The notes beneath the pieces were generated by a model. The model was not told the origin of the DNA and ran no database searches. It saw nothing but the letters and a program-made list of their open reading frames with translations. The position numbers were made by a program, and so were the translations under genes. 64,000 nucleotides of DNA from Auanema rhodensis (lineage: Eukaryota > Animalia > Nematoda): NCBI GenBank assembly GCA_964057225.1, contig OZ059897.1:21266001-21330000 (forward strand). The letters run 5' to 3'. Each line of letters begins with the position of its first letter. The first letter of the stretch is position 1. Below are positions 1 to 14,314 of this stretch, one piece after another.

Positions 1-2457
1 TGAAAATCGAGGATATAAGTGTGAACTTATATCAGTTGATATCTCGGTGCATTTTTAAGCTAGCGCAAATCTGATAACACAGATCGACGCAGCTTAAAAA
101 TCCGCATCGAATGCACTATACTACATCGAGAAACGCTTAATACAAAAATTAGTTATGATCGTTTGAAAAATGATGCATTAGTGTATGTTGAAATTCCATG
201 TACACTCAACATTGCTTCCAAAAACATTTTGACAAAAATTTTTTCGAAAAATTTCAAAATAATTTAGCAAAAAGTAGATGTTTTTAGATTCCTTTTTTTA
301 AGGCAAAGACGATGGACAATGTTATTCAACGAAAAAATTATTTCTTCAGGGTGAAAATCGAGGATATAAGTGTGAACTTATATCAGTTGATATCTCGGTG
401 CATTTTTAAGCTAGCGCAAATCTGATAACACAGATCGACGCAGCTTAAAAATCCGCATCGAATGCACTATACTACATTAAGAAACGCTTAATACGAAAAT
501 TAGTTATGATCGTTTGAAAAATGATGCATTAGTGTATGTTGAGTTTCCATGTACACTCAACATTGCTTCCAAAAACATTTTGACAAAAATTTTTTCGAAA
601 AATTTCGAAATAATTTAGCAAAAAGTAGATGTTTTTAGATTCCATTTTTCAAGGCAAAGACGATAGACAATGTTATTCAACGAAAAAATTAATTCTTCAG
701 GGTGAAATTCGAGGATATAAGTGTGAACCTATATCAGTTGATATCTCGGTGCATTTTCAAGCTAGCGCAAATCTGATAACACAGATCGACACAGCTTAAA
801 AATCCGCATCGAATGCACTATACTACATTAAGAAACGCTTGATACAAAAATTAGTTATAATCGTTTGAAAAATGATGCATTAGTGTATGTTGAGTTTCCA
901 TGTACACTCAACATTGCTTCCAAAAACATTTTGACAAAAATTTTTTCGAAAAATTTCAAAATAATTTAGCAAAAAGTAGATGTTTTTAGATTTCTTTTTT
1001 CAAGGCAAAAACGATGGACAATGCTATTCAACGAAAAAATTAATTCTTCAGGGTGAAAATCGAGGATATAAGTGTGAACTTATATCAGTTGATATCTCGG
1101 TGCATTTTTAAGCTAGCGCAAATCTGATAACACAGATCGACGCAGCTTAAAAATCCGCATCGAATGCCTTATACTACATCGAGAAACGCTTGATACAAAA
1201 ATTGGTTATGATCGTTTGAAAAATGATGCATTAGTGTATGTTGAGTTTCCATGTACACTCAACATTGCTTCCAAAAACATTTTGACAAAAATTTTTTCGA
1301 AAAATTTCAAAATAATTTAGCAAAAAGTAGATGTTTTTAGATTCCATTTTTCAAGGCAAAGACGATAGACAATGTTATTCAACGAAAAAATTAATTCTTC
1401 AGGGTGAAAATCGAGGATATAAGTGTGAACTTATATCAGTTGATATCTCGGTGCATTTTTAAGCTAGCGCAAATCTGATAACACAGATCGACGCAGCTTA
1501 AAAATCCGCATCGAATGCACTATACTACATTGAGAAACGCTTGATACAAAAATTAGTTATGATTGTTTGAAAAATGATGCATTAGTGTATGTTGAGTTTC
1601 CATGTACACTCAACATTGCTTCCAAAAACATTTTGACAAAAATTTTTTCGAAAAATTTCGAAATAATTTAGCAAAAAGTAGATGTTTTTAAATTCCTTTT
1701 CTTAAGGCAAAGACGATGGACAATGTTATTCAACGAAAAAATTAATTCTTCAGGGTGAAAATCGAGGATATAAGTGTGAACTTATATCAGTTGATATCTC
1801 GGTGCATTTTTAAGCTAGCGCAAATCTGATAACACAGATCGACGCAGCTTAAAAATTCGCATCGAATGCACTATACTACATTGAGAAACGCTTAATACAC
1901 AAATTAGTTATGATCGTTTGAAAAATGATGCATTAGTGTATGTTGAGTTTCCATGTACACTCAACATTGCTTCCAAAAACATTTTGACAAAAATTTTTTC
2001 GAAAAATTTCAAAATAATTTAGCAAAAAGTAGATGTTTTTAGATTCCATTTTTCAAGGCAAAGACGATGGACAATGTTATTCAACGAAAAAATTAATTCT
2101 TCAGGGTGAAAATCGAGGATATAAGTGTGAACTTATATCAGTTGATATCTCGGTGCATTTTTAAGCTAGCGCAAATCTGATAACACAGATCGACGCAGCT
2201 TAAAAATCCGCATCGAATGCACTATACTACATTGAGAAACGCTTGATACAAAAATTAGTTATGATCGTTTGAAAAATGATGCATTAGTGTATGTTGAGTT
2301 TCCATGTACACACAACATTGCTTCCAAAAACATTTTGACAAAAACTTTTTCGAAAAATTTCAAAATAATTTAGCAAAAAGTAGATGTTTTTAGATTCCTT
2401 TTCTTAAGGCAAAGACGATGGACAATGTTATTCAACGAAAAAATTAATTCTTCAGGG

Positions 2458-5265
2458 TGAAAATCGAGGATATAAGTGTGAACTTATATCAGTTGATATC
2501 TCGGTGCATTTTTAAGCTAGCGCAAATCTGATAACACAGATCGACGCAGCTTAAAAATCCGCATCGAATGCACTATACTACATTGAGAAACGCTTAATAC
2601 ACAAATTAGTTATGATCGTTTGAAAAATGATGCATTAGTGTATGTTGAGTTTCCATGTACACTCAACATTGCTTCCAAAAACATTTTGACAAAAATTTTT
2701 TCGAAAAATTTCAAAATAATTTAGCAAAAAGTAGATGTTTTTAGATTCCATTTTTCAAGGCAAAGACGATGGACAATGTTATTCAACGAAAAAATTAATT
2801 CTTCAGGGTGAAAATCGAGGATATAAGTGTGAACTTATATCAGTTGATATCTCGGTGCATTTTTAAGCTAGCGCAAATCTGATAACACAGATCGACGCAG
2901 CTTAAAAATCCGCATCGAATGCACTATACTACATTGAGAAACGCTTGATACAAAAATTAGTTATGATCGTTTGAAAAATGATGCATTAGTGTATGTTGAG
3001 TTTCCATGTACACACAACATCGCTTCCAAAAACATTTTGACAAAAACTTTTTCGAAAAATTTCAAAATAATTTAGCAAAAAGTAGATGTTTTTAGATTCC
3101 TTTTTTTAAGGCAAAGACGATGGACAATGTTATTCAACGAAAAAATTAATTCTTCAGGGTGAAAATCGAGGATATAAGTGTGAACTTATATCAGTTGATA
3201 TCTCGGTGCACTTTTAAGCTAGCGCAAATCTGATAACACAGATCGACGCAGCTTAAAAATCCGCATCGAATGCACTATACTACATCGAGAAACGCTTGAT
3301 ACAAAAATTAGTTATGATCGTTTGAAAAATGATGCATTAGTGTATGTTGAGTTTCCATGTACACTCAACATTGCTTCCAAAAACATTTTGACAAAAATTT
3401 TTTCGAAAAATTTCAAAATAATTTAGCAAAAAGTAGATGTTTTTAGATTCCTTTTTTTAAGGCAAAGACGATGGACAATGTTATTCAACGAAAAAATTAA
3501 TTCTTCAGGGTGAAAATCGAGGATATAAGTGTGAACTTATATCAGTTGATATCTCGGTGCATTTTTAAGCTAGCGCAAATCTGATAAAACAGATCGACGC
3601 AGCTTAAAAATCCGCATCGAATGCACTATACTACATTGAGAAACGCTTGATACAAAAATTAGTTATGATTGTTTGAAAAATGATGCATTAGTGTATGTTG
3701 AGTTTCCATGTACACTCAACATTGCTTCCAAAAACATTTTGACAAAAATTTTTTCGAAAAATTTCAAAATAATTTAGCAAAAAGTAGATGTTTTTAGATT
3801 CCTTTTTTTAAGGCAAAGACGATGGACAATGTTATTCAACGAAAAAATTATTTCTTCAGGGTGAAAATCGAGGATATAAGTGTGAACTTATATCAGTTGA
3901 TATCTCGGTGCATTTTTAAGCTAGCGCAAATCTGATAACACAGATCGACGCAGCTTAAAAATCCGCATCGAATGCACTATACTACATTGAGAAACGCTTA
4001 ATACACAAATTAGTTATGATCGTTTGAAAAATGATGCATTAGTGTATGTTGAGTTTCCATGTACACTCAACATTGCTTCCAAAAACATTTTGACAAAAAT
4101 TTTTTCGAAAAATTTCAAAATAATTTAGCAAAAAGTAGATGTTTTTAGATTCCATTTTTCAAGGCAAAGACGATGGACAATGTTATTCAACGAAAAAATT
4201 AATTCTTCAGGGTGAAAATCGAGGATATAAGTGTGAACTTATATCAGTTGATATCTCGGTGCATTTTTAAGCTAGCGCAAATCTGATAACACAGATCGAC
4301 GCAGCTTAAAAATCCGCATCGAATGCACTATACTACATTGAGAAACGCTTGATACAAAAATTAGTTATGATCGTTTGAAAAATGATGCATTAGTGTATGT
4401 TGAGTTTCCATGTACACACAACATCGCTTCCAAAAACATTTTGACAAAAACTTTTTCGAAAAATTTCAAAATAATTTAGCAAAAAGTAGATGTTTTTAGA
4501 TTCCTTTTTTTAAGGCAAAGACGATGGACAATGTTATTCAACGAAAAAATTAATTCTTCAGGGTGAAAATCGAGGATATAAGTGTGAACTTATATCAGTT
4601 GATATCTCGGTGCATTTTTAAGCTAGCGCAAATCTGATAACACAGATCGACGCAGCTTAAAAATCCGCATCGAATGCACTATACTACATCGAGAAACGCT
4701 TGATACAAAAATTAGTTATGATCGTTTGAAAAATGATGCATTAGTGTATGTTGAGTTTCCATGTACACTCAACATTGCTTCCAAAAACATTTTGACAAAA
4801 ATTTTTTCGAAAAATTTCAAAATAATTTAGCAAAAAGTAGATGTTTTTAGATTCCTTTTTTTAAGGCAAAGACGATGGACAATGTTATTCAACGAAAAAA
4901 TTAATTCTTCAGGGTGAAAATCGAGGATATAAGTGTGAACTTATATCAGTTGATATCTCGGTGCATTTTTAAGCTAGCGCAAATCTGATAAAACAGATCG
5001 ACGCAGCTTAAAAATCCGCATCGAATGCACTATACTACATTGAGAAACGCTTGATACAAAAATTAGTTATGATTGTTTGAAAAATGATGCATTAGTGTAT
5101 GTTGAGTTTCCATGTACACTCAACATTGCTTCCAAAAACATTTTGACAAAAATTTTTTCGAAAAATTTCAAAATAATTTAGCAAAAAGTAGATGTTTTTA
5201 GATTCCTTTTTTTAAGGCAAAGACGATGGACAATGTTATTCAACGAAAAAATTAATTCTTCAGGG
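2458..5265. repeat. Higher-order 4-monomer (1404-bp) tandem duplication in satellite A
   Basis: The ordered variants TAATACACAAAT / CACACAACATCGC+AAAACTTTTT / CATCGAG / GATAAAACAG occur in 2458-3861 and again in 3862-5265. Confidence 0.85.
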
Positions 5266-8200
5266 TGAAAATCGAGGATATAAGTGTGAACTTATATCAG
5301 TTGATATCTCGGTGCATTTTTAAGCTAGCGCAAATCTGATAAAACAGATCGACGCAGCTTAAAAATCCGCATCGAATGCACTATACTACATTGAGAAACG
5401 CTTGATACAAAAATTAGTTATGATTGTTTGAAAAATGATGCATTAGTGTATGTTGAGTTTCCATGTACACTCAACATTGCTTCCAAAAACATTTTGACAA
5501 AAATTTTTTCGAAAAATTTCAAAATAATTTAGCAAAAAGTAGATGTTTTTAGATTCCTTTTTTTAAGGCAAAGACGATGGACAATGTTATTCAACGAAAA
5601 AATTAATTCTTCAGGGTGAAAATCGAGGATATAAGTGTGAACTTATATCAGTTGATATCTCGGTGCATTTTTAAGCTAGCGCAAATCTGATAACACAGAT
5701 CGACGCAGCTTAAAAATCCGCATCGAATGCACTATACTACATCAAGAAACGCTTGATACAAAAATTAGTTATGATCGTTTGAAAAATGATGCATTAGTGT
5801 ATGTTGAGTTTCCATGTACACTCAACATTGCTTCCAAAAACATTTTGACAAAAATGTTTTTCGAAAAATTTCAAAATAATTTAGCAGAAAGTAGATGTTT
5901 TTAGATTCCATTTTTCAAGGCAAAGACGATAGGCAATGTTATTCAACGAAAAAATTAATTCTTCAGGGTGAAAATCGAGGATATAAGTGTGAACTTATAT
6001 CAGTTGATATCTCGGTGCATTTTTAAGCTAGCGCAAATCTGATAACACAGATCGACGCAGCTTAAAAATCCGCATCGAATGCACTATACTACATTGAGAA
6101 ACGCTTGATACAAAAATTAGTTATGATTGTTTGAAAAATGATGCATTAGTGTATGTTGAGTTTCCATGTACACTCAACATTGCTTCCAAAAACATTTTGA
6201 CAAAAATTTTTTCGAAAAATTTCAAAATAATTTAGCAAAAAGTAGATGTTTTTAGATTCCTTTTTTTAAGGCAAAGACGATGGACAATGTTATTCAACGA
6301 AAAAATTAATTCTTCAGGGTGAAAATCGAGGATATAAGTGTGAACTTATATCAGTTGATATCTCGGTGCATTTTTAAGCTAGCGCAAATCTGATAACACA
6401 GATCGACGCAGCTCAAAAATCCGCATCGAATGCACTATACTACATCAAAAAACGCTTGATACAAAAATTAGTTATGATCGTTTGAAAAATGATGCATTAG
6501 TGTATGTTGAGTTTCCATGTACACTCAACATTGCTTCCAAAAACATTTTGACAAAAATTTTTTCGAAAAATTTCAAAATAATTTAGCAAAAAGTAGATGT
6601 TTTTAGATTCCTTTTTTTAAGGCAAAGACGATGGACAATGTTATTCAACGAAAAAATTAATTCTTCAGGGTGAAAATCGAGGATATAAGTGTGAACTTAT
6701 ATCAGTTGATATCTCGGTGCATTTTTAAGCTAGCGCAAATCTGATAACACAGATCGACGCAGCTTAAAAATCCGCATCGAATGCACTATACTACATCAAG
6801 AAACGCTTGATACAAAAATTAGTTATGATCGTTTGAAAAATGATGCATTAGTGTATGTTGAGTTTCCATGTACACTCAACATTGCTTCCAAAAACATTTT
6901 GACAAAAATGTTTTTCGAAAAATTTCAAAATAATTTAGCAGAAAGTAGATGTTTTTAGATTCCATTTTTCAAGGCAAAGACGATAGGCAATGTTATTCAA
7001 CGAAAAAATTAATTCTTCAGGGTGAAAATCGAGGATATAAGTGTGAACTTATATCAGTTGATATCTCGGTGCATTTTTAAGCTAGCGCAAATCTGATAAC
7101 ACAGATCGACGCAGCTTAAAAATCCGCATCGAATGCACTATACTACATTAAGAAACGCTTAATACAAAAATTAGTTATGATCGTTTGAAAAATGATGCAT
7201 TAGTGTATGTTGAGTTTCCATGTACACTCAACATTGCTTCCAAAAACATTTTGACAAAAATTTTTTCGAAAAATTTCAAAATAATTTAGCAAAAAGTAGA
7301 TGTTTTTAGATTCCATTTTTCAAGGCAAAGACGATAGGCAATGTTATTCAACGAAAAAATTAATTCTTCAGGGTGAAAATCGAGGATATAAGTGTGAACT
7401 TATATCAGTTGATATCTCGGTGCATTTTTAAGCTAGCGCAAATCTGATAACACAGATCGACGCAGCTTAAAAATCCGCATCGAATGCACTATACTACATC
7501 AAGAAACGCTTGATACAAAAATTAGTTATGATCGTTTGAAAAATGATGCATTAGTGTATGTTGAGTTTCCATGTACACTCAACATTGCTTCCAAAAACAT
7601 TTTGACAAAAATGTTTTTCGAAAAATTTCAAAATAATTTAGCAGAAAGTAGATGTTTTTAGATTCCATTTTTCAAGGCAAAGACGATAGGCAATGTTATT
7701 CAACGAAAAAATTAATTCTTCAGGGTGAAAATCGAGGATATAAGTGTGAACTTATATCAGTTGATATCTCGGTGCATTTTTAAGCTAGCGCAAATCTGAT
7801 AAAACAGATCGACGCAGCTTAAAAATCCGCATCGAATGCACTATACTACATTGAGAAACGCTTGATACAAAAATTAGTTATGATTGTTTGAAAAATGATG
7901 CATTAGTGTATGTTGAGTTTCCATGTACACTCAACATTGCTTCCAAAAACATTTTGACAAAAATTTTTTCGAAAAATTTCAAAATAATTTAGCAAAAAGT
8001 AGATGTTTTTAGATTCCTTTTTTTAAGGCAAAGACGATAGGCAATGTTATTCAACGAAAAAATTAATTCTTCAGGGTGAAAATCGAGGATATAAGTGTGA
8101 ACTTATATCAGTTGATATCTCGGTGCATTTTTAAGCTAGCGCAAATCTGATAACACAGATCGACGCAGCTTAAAAATCCGCATCGAATGCACTATACTAC

Positions 8201-9130
8201 ATCAAGAAACGCTTGATACAAAAATTAGTTATGATCGTTTGAAAAATGATGCATTAGTGTATGTTGAGTTTCCATGTACACTCAACATTGCTTCCAAAAA
8301 CATTTTGACAAAAATGTTTTTCGAAAAATTTCAAAATAATTTAGCAGAAAGTAGATGTTTTTAGATTCCATTTTTCAAGGCAAAGACGATAGGCAATGTT
8401 ATTCAACGAAAAAATTAATTCTTCAGGGTGAAAATCGAGGATATAAGTGTGAACTTATATCAGTTGATATCTCGGTGCATTTTTAAGCTAGCGCAAATCT
8501 GATAAAACAGATCGACGCAGCTTAAAAATCCGCATCGAATGCACTATACTACATTGAGAAACGCTTGATACAAAAATTAGTTATGATTGTTTGAAAAATG
8601 ATGCATTAGTGTATGTTGAGTTTCCATGTACACTCAACATTGCTTCCAAAAACATTTTGACAAAAATTTTTTCGAAAAATTTCAAAATAATTTAGCAAAA
8701 AGTAGATGTTTTTAGATTCCTTTTTTTAAGGCAAAGACGATGGACAATGTTATTCAACGAAAAAATTAATTCTTCAGGGCGAAAATCGAGGATATAAGTG
8801 TGAACTTATATCAGTTGATATCTCGGTGCATTTTTAAGCTAGCGCAAATCTGATAACACAGATCGACGCAGCTCAAAAATCCGCATCGAATGCACTATAC
8901 TACATCAAAAAACGCTTGATACAAAAATTAGTTATGATCGTTTGAAAAATGATGCATTAGTGTATGTTGAGTTTCCATGTACACTCAACATTGCTTCCAA
9001 AAACATTTTGACAAAAATTTTTTCGAAAAATTTCAAAATAATTTAGCAAAAAGTAGATGTTTTTAGATTCCATTTTTCAAGGCAAAGACGATAGGCAATG
9101 TTATTCAACGAAAAAATTAATTCTTCAGGG

Positions 9131-9454
9131 TGAAAATCGAGGATATAAGTGTGAACTTATATCAGTTGATATCTCGGTGCATTTTTAAGCTAGCGCAAAT
9201 CTGATAACACAGATCGACGCAGCTTAAAAATCCGCATCGAATGCACTATACTACATCGATAAACGCTTGATACAAAAATTAGTTATGATCGTTTGAAAAA
9301 TGATGCATTAGTGTATGTTGAGTTTCCATGTACACTCAACATTGCTTCCAAAAACATCAAAATAATTTAGCAAAAAGTAGATGTTTTTAGATTCCATTTT
9401 TCAAGGCAAAGACGATAGGCAATGTTATTCAACGAAAAAATTAATTCTTCAGGG
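9131..9454. repeat. 324-bp satellite A monomer variant (27-bp deletion), copy 1
   Basis: AAAAACAT|CAAAATAAT at 9357/9358; lacks TTTGACAAAAATTTTTTCGAAAAATTT. Confidence 0.95.
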
Positions 9455-12262
9455 TGAAAATCGAGGATATAAGTGTGAACTTATATCAGTTGATATCTCG
9501 GTGCATTTTTAAGCTAGCGCAAATCTAATAACACAGATCGACGCAGCTTAAAAATCCGCATCGAATGCACTATACTACATTGAGAAACGCTTGATACAAA
9601 AATTAGTTATGATTGTTTGAAAAATGATGCATTAGTGTATGTTGAGTTTCCATGTACACTCAACATTGCTTCCAAAAACATTTTGACAAAAATTTTTTCG
9701 AAAAATTTCAAAATAATTTAGCAAAAAGTAGATGTTTTTAGATTCCTTTTTTTAAGGCAAAGACGATGGACAATGTTATTCAACGAAAAAATTAATTCTT
9801 CAGGGTGAAAATCGAGGATATAAGTGTGAACTTATATCAGTTGATATCTCGGTGCATTTTTAAGCTAGCGCAAATCTGATAACACAGATCGACGCAGCTT
9901 AAAAATCCGCATCGAATGCACTATACTACATTGAGAAACGCTTGATACACAAATTAGTTATGATTGTTTGAAAAATGATGCATTAGTGTATGTTGAGTTT
10001 CCATGTACACTCAACATTGCTTCCAAAAACATTTTGACAAAAATTTTTTCGAAAAATTTCAAAATAATTTAGCAAAAAGTAGATGTTTTTAGATTCCTTT
10101 TTTTAAGGCAAAGACGATGGACAATGTTATTCAACGAAAAAATTAATTCTTCAGGGTGAAAATCGAGGATATAAGTGTGAACTTATATCAGTTGATATCT
10201 CGGTGCATTTTTAAGCTAGCGCAAATCTGATAATACAGATCGACGCAGCTCAAAAATCCGCATCGAATGCACTATACTACATCAAGAAACGCTTGATACA
10301 AAAATTAGTTATGATCGTTTGAAAAATGATGCATTAGTGTATGTTGAGTTTCCATGTACACTCAACATTGCTTCCAAAAACATTTTGACAAAAATTTTTT
10401 CGAAAAATTTCAAAATAATTTAGCAAAAAGTAGATGTTTTTAGATTCCATTTTTCAAGGCAAAGACGATAGGCAATGTTATTCAACGAAAAAATTAAATC
10501 TTCAGGGTGAAAATCGAGGATATAAGTGTGAACTTATATCAGTTGATATCTCGGTGCATTTTTAAGCTAGCGCAAATCTGATAACACAGATCGACGCAGC
10601 TTAAAAATCCGCATCGAATGCACTATACTACATTGAGAAACGCTTGATACAAAAATTAGTTATGATTGTTTGAAAAATGATGCATTAGTGTATGTTGAGT
10701 TTCCATGTACACTCAACATTGCTTCCAAAAACATTTTGACAAAAATTTTTTCGAAAAATTTCAAAATAATTTAGCAAAAAGTAGATGTTTTTAGATTCCT
10801 TTTTTTAAGGCAAAGACGATGGACAATGTTATTCAACGAAAAAATTAATTCTTCAGGGTGAAAATCGAGGATATAAGTGTGAACTTATATCAGTTGATAT
10901 CTCGGTGCATTTTTAAGCTAGCGCAAATCTGATAACACAGATCGACGCAGCTTAAAAATCCGCATCGAATGCACTATACTACATTGAGAAACGCTTGATA
11001 CACAAATTAGTTATGATTGTTTGAAAAATGATGCATTAGTGTATGTTGAGTTTCCATGTACACTCAACATTGCTTCCAAAAACATTTTGACAAAAATTTT
11101 TTCGAAAAATTTCAAAATAATTTAGCAAAAAGTAGATGTTTTTAGATTCCTTTTTTTAAGGCAAAGACGATGGACACTGTTATTCAACGAAAAAATTAAT
11201 TCTTCAGGGTGAAAATCGAGGATATAAGTGTGAACTTATATCAATTGATATCTCGGTGCATTTTTAAGCTAGCGCAAATCTGATAATACAGATCGACGCA
11301 GCTCAAAAATCCGCATCGAATGCACTATACTACATCAAGAAACGCTTGATACAAAAATTAGTTATGATCGTTTGAAAAATGATGCATTAGTGTATGTTGA
11401 GTTTCCATGTACACTCAACATTGCTTCCAAAAACATTTTGACAAAAATTTTTTCGAAAAATTTCAAAATAATTTAGCAAGAAGTAGATGTTTTTAGATTC
11501 CATTTTTCAAGGCAAAGACGATAGGCAATGTTATTCAACGAAAAAATTAATTCTTCAGGGTGAAAATCGAGGATATAAGTGTAAACTTATATCAGTTGAT
11601 ATCTCGGTGCATTTTTAAGCTAGCGCAAATCTGATAACACAGATCGACGCAGCTTAAAAATCCGCATCGAATGCACTATACTACATTGGGAAACGCTTAA
11701 TACAAAAATTAGTTATGATCGTTTGAAAAATGATGCATTAGTGTATGTTGAGTTTCCATGTACACTCAACATTGCTTCCAAAAACATTTTGACAAAAATT
11801 TTTTCGAAAAATTTCAAAATAATTTAGCAAAAAGTAGATGTTTCTAGATTCCTTTTTTTAAGGCAAAGACGATGGACAATGTTATTCAACGAAAAAATTA
11901 ATTCTTCAGGGTGAAAATCGAGGATATAAGTGTGAACTTATATCAGTTGATATCTCGGTGCATTTTTAAGCTAGCGCAAATCTGATAATACAGATCGACG
12001 CAGCTCAAAAATCCGCATCGAATGCACTATACTACATCAAGAAACGCTTGATACAAAAATTAGTTATGATCGTTTGAAAAATGATGCATTAGTGTATGTT
12101 GAGTTTCCATGTACACTCAACATTGCTTCCAAAAACATTTTGACAAAAATTTTTTCGAAAAATTTCAAAATAATTTAGCAAAAAGTAGATGTTTTTAGAT
12201 TCCATTTTTCAAGGCAAAGACGATAGGCAATGTTATTCAACGAAAAAATTAATTCTTCAGGG

Positions 12263-12586
12263 TGAAAATCGAGGATATAAGTGTGAACTTATATCAGTTG
12301 ATATCTCGGTGCATTTTTAAGCTAGCGCAAATCTGATAACACAGATCGACGCAGCTTAAAAATCCGCATCGAATGCACTATACTACATCGATAAACGCTT
12401 GATACAAAAATTAGTTATGATCGTTTGAAAAATGATGCATTAGTGTATGTTGAGTTTCCATGTACACTCAACATTGCTTCCAAAAACATCAAAATAATTT
12501 AGCAAAAAGTAGATGTTTTTAGATTCCATTTTTCAAGGCAAAGACGATAGGCAATGTTATTCAACGAAAAAATTAATTCTTCAGGG
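12263..12586. repeat. 324-bp satellite A monomer variant (27-bp deletion), copy 2
   Basis: Same deletion junction at 12489/12490. Confidence 0.95.
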
Positions 12587-13990
12587 TGAAAATCGAGGAT
12601 ATAAGTGTGAACTTATATCAGTTGATATCTCGGTGCATTTTTAAGCTAGCGCAAATCTAATAACACAGATCGACGCAGCTTAAAAATCCGCATCGAATGC
12701 ACTATACTACATTGAGAAACGCTTGATACAAAAATTAGTTATGATTGTTTGAAAAATGATGCATTAGTGTATGTTGAGTTTCCATGTACACTCAACATTG
12801 CTTCCAAAAACATTTTGACAAAAATTTTTTCGAAAAATTTCAAAATAATTTAGCAAAAAGTAGATGTTTTTAGATTCCATTTTTCAAGGCAAAGACGATA
12901 GGCAATGTTATTCAACGAAAAAATTAATTCTTCAGGGTGAAAATCGAGGATATAAGTGTGAACTTATATCAGTTGATATCTCGGTGCATTTTTAAGCTAG
13001 CGCAAATCTGATAACACAGATCGACGCAGCTTAAAAATCCGCATCGAATGCACTATACTACATTGAGAAACGCTTGATACAAAAATTAGTTATGATTGTT
13101 TGAAAAATGATGCATTAGTGTATGTTGAGTTTCCATGTACACTCAACATTGCTTCAAAAAACATTTTGACAAAAATTTTTTCGAAAAATTTCAAAATTAT
13201 TTAGCAAAAAGTAGATGTTTTTAGATTCCTTTTTTTAAGGCAAAGACGATGGACAATGTTATTCAACGAAAAAATTAATTCTTCAGGGTGAAAATCGAGG
13301 ATATAAGTGTGAACTTATATCAGTTGATATCTCGGTGCATTTTTAAGCTAGCGCAAATCTGATAACACAGATCGACGCAGCTTAAAAATCCGCATCGAAT
13401 GCACTATACTACATTGAGAAACGCTTGATACACAAATTAGTTATGATTGTTTGAAAAATGATGCATTAGTGTATGTTGAGTTTCCATGTACACTCAACAT
13501 TGCTTCCAAAAACATTTTGACAAAAATTTTTTCGAAAAATTTCAAAATAATTTAGCAAAAAGTAGATGTTTTTAGATTCCTTTTTTTAAGGCAAAGACGA
13601 TGGACAATGTTATTCAACGAAAAAATTAATTCTTCAGGGTGAAAATCGAGGATATAAGTGTGAACTTATATCAGTTGATATCTCGGTGCATTTTTAAGCT
13701 AGCGCAAATCTAATAACACAGATCGACGCAGCTTAAAAATCCGCATCGAATGCACTATACTACATTGAGAAACGCTTGATACAAAAATTAGTTATGATTG
13801 TTTGAAAAATGATGCATTAGTGTATGTTGAGTTTCCATGTACACTCAACATTGCTTCCAAAAACATTTTGACAAAAATTTTTTCGAAAAATTTCAAAATA
13901 ATTTAGCAAAAAGTAGATGTTTTTAGATTCCATTTTTCAAGGCAAAGACGATAGGCAATGTTATTCAACGAAAAAATTAATTCTTCAGGG

Positions 13991-14314
13991 TGAAAATCGA
14001 GGATATAAGTGTGAACTTATATCAGTTGATATCTCGGTGCATTTTTAAGCTAGCGCAAATCTGATAACACAGATCGACGCAGCTTAAAAATCCGCATCGA
14101 ATGCACTATACTACATTGAGAAACGCTTGATACAAAAATTAGTTATGATCGTTTGAAAAATGATGCATTAGTGTATGTTGAGTTTCCATGTACACTCAAC
14201 ATTGCTTCCAAAAACATCAAAATAATTTAGCAAAAAGTAGATGTTTTTAGATTCCATTTTTCAAGGCAAAGACGATAGGCAATGTTATTCAACGAAAAAA
14301 TTAATTCTTCAGGG
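13991..14314. repeat. 324-bp satellite A monomer variant (27-bp deletion), copy 3
   Basis: Same deletion junction at 14217/14218. Confidence 0.95.

Noticed and set aside
12-33. Hairpins as intrinsic terminators or tRNA/5S rRNA genes
   Set aside because: There are no upstream genes, no cloverleaf or Pol III box motifs, and no rRNA similarity that I can recognise.
590-612. CENP-B box-like TTCG...CG motif in satellite A
   Set aside because: The spacing does not fit TTCGNNNNANNCGGG and the CGGG half is missing.
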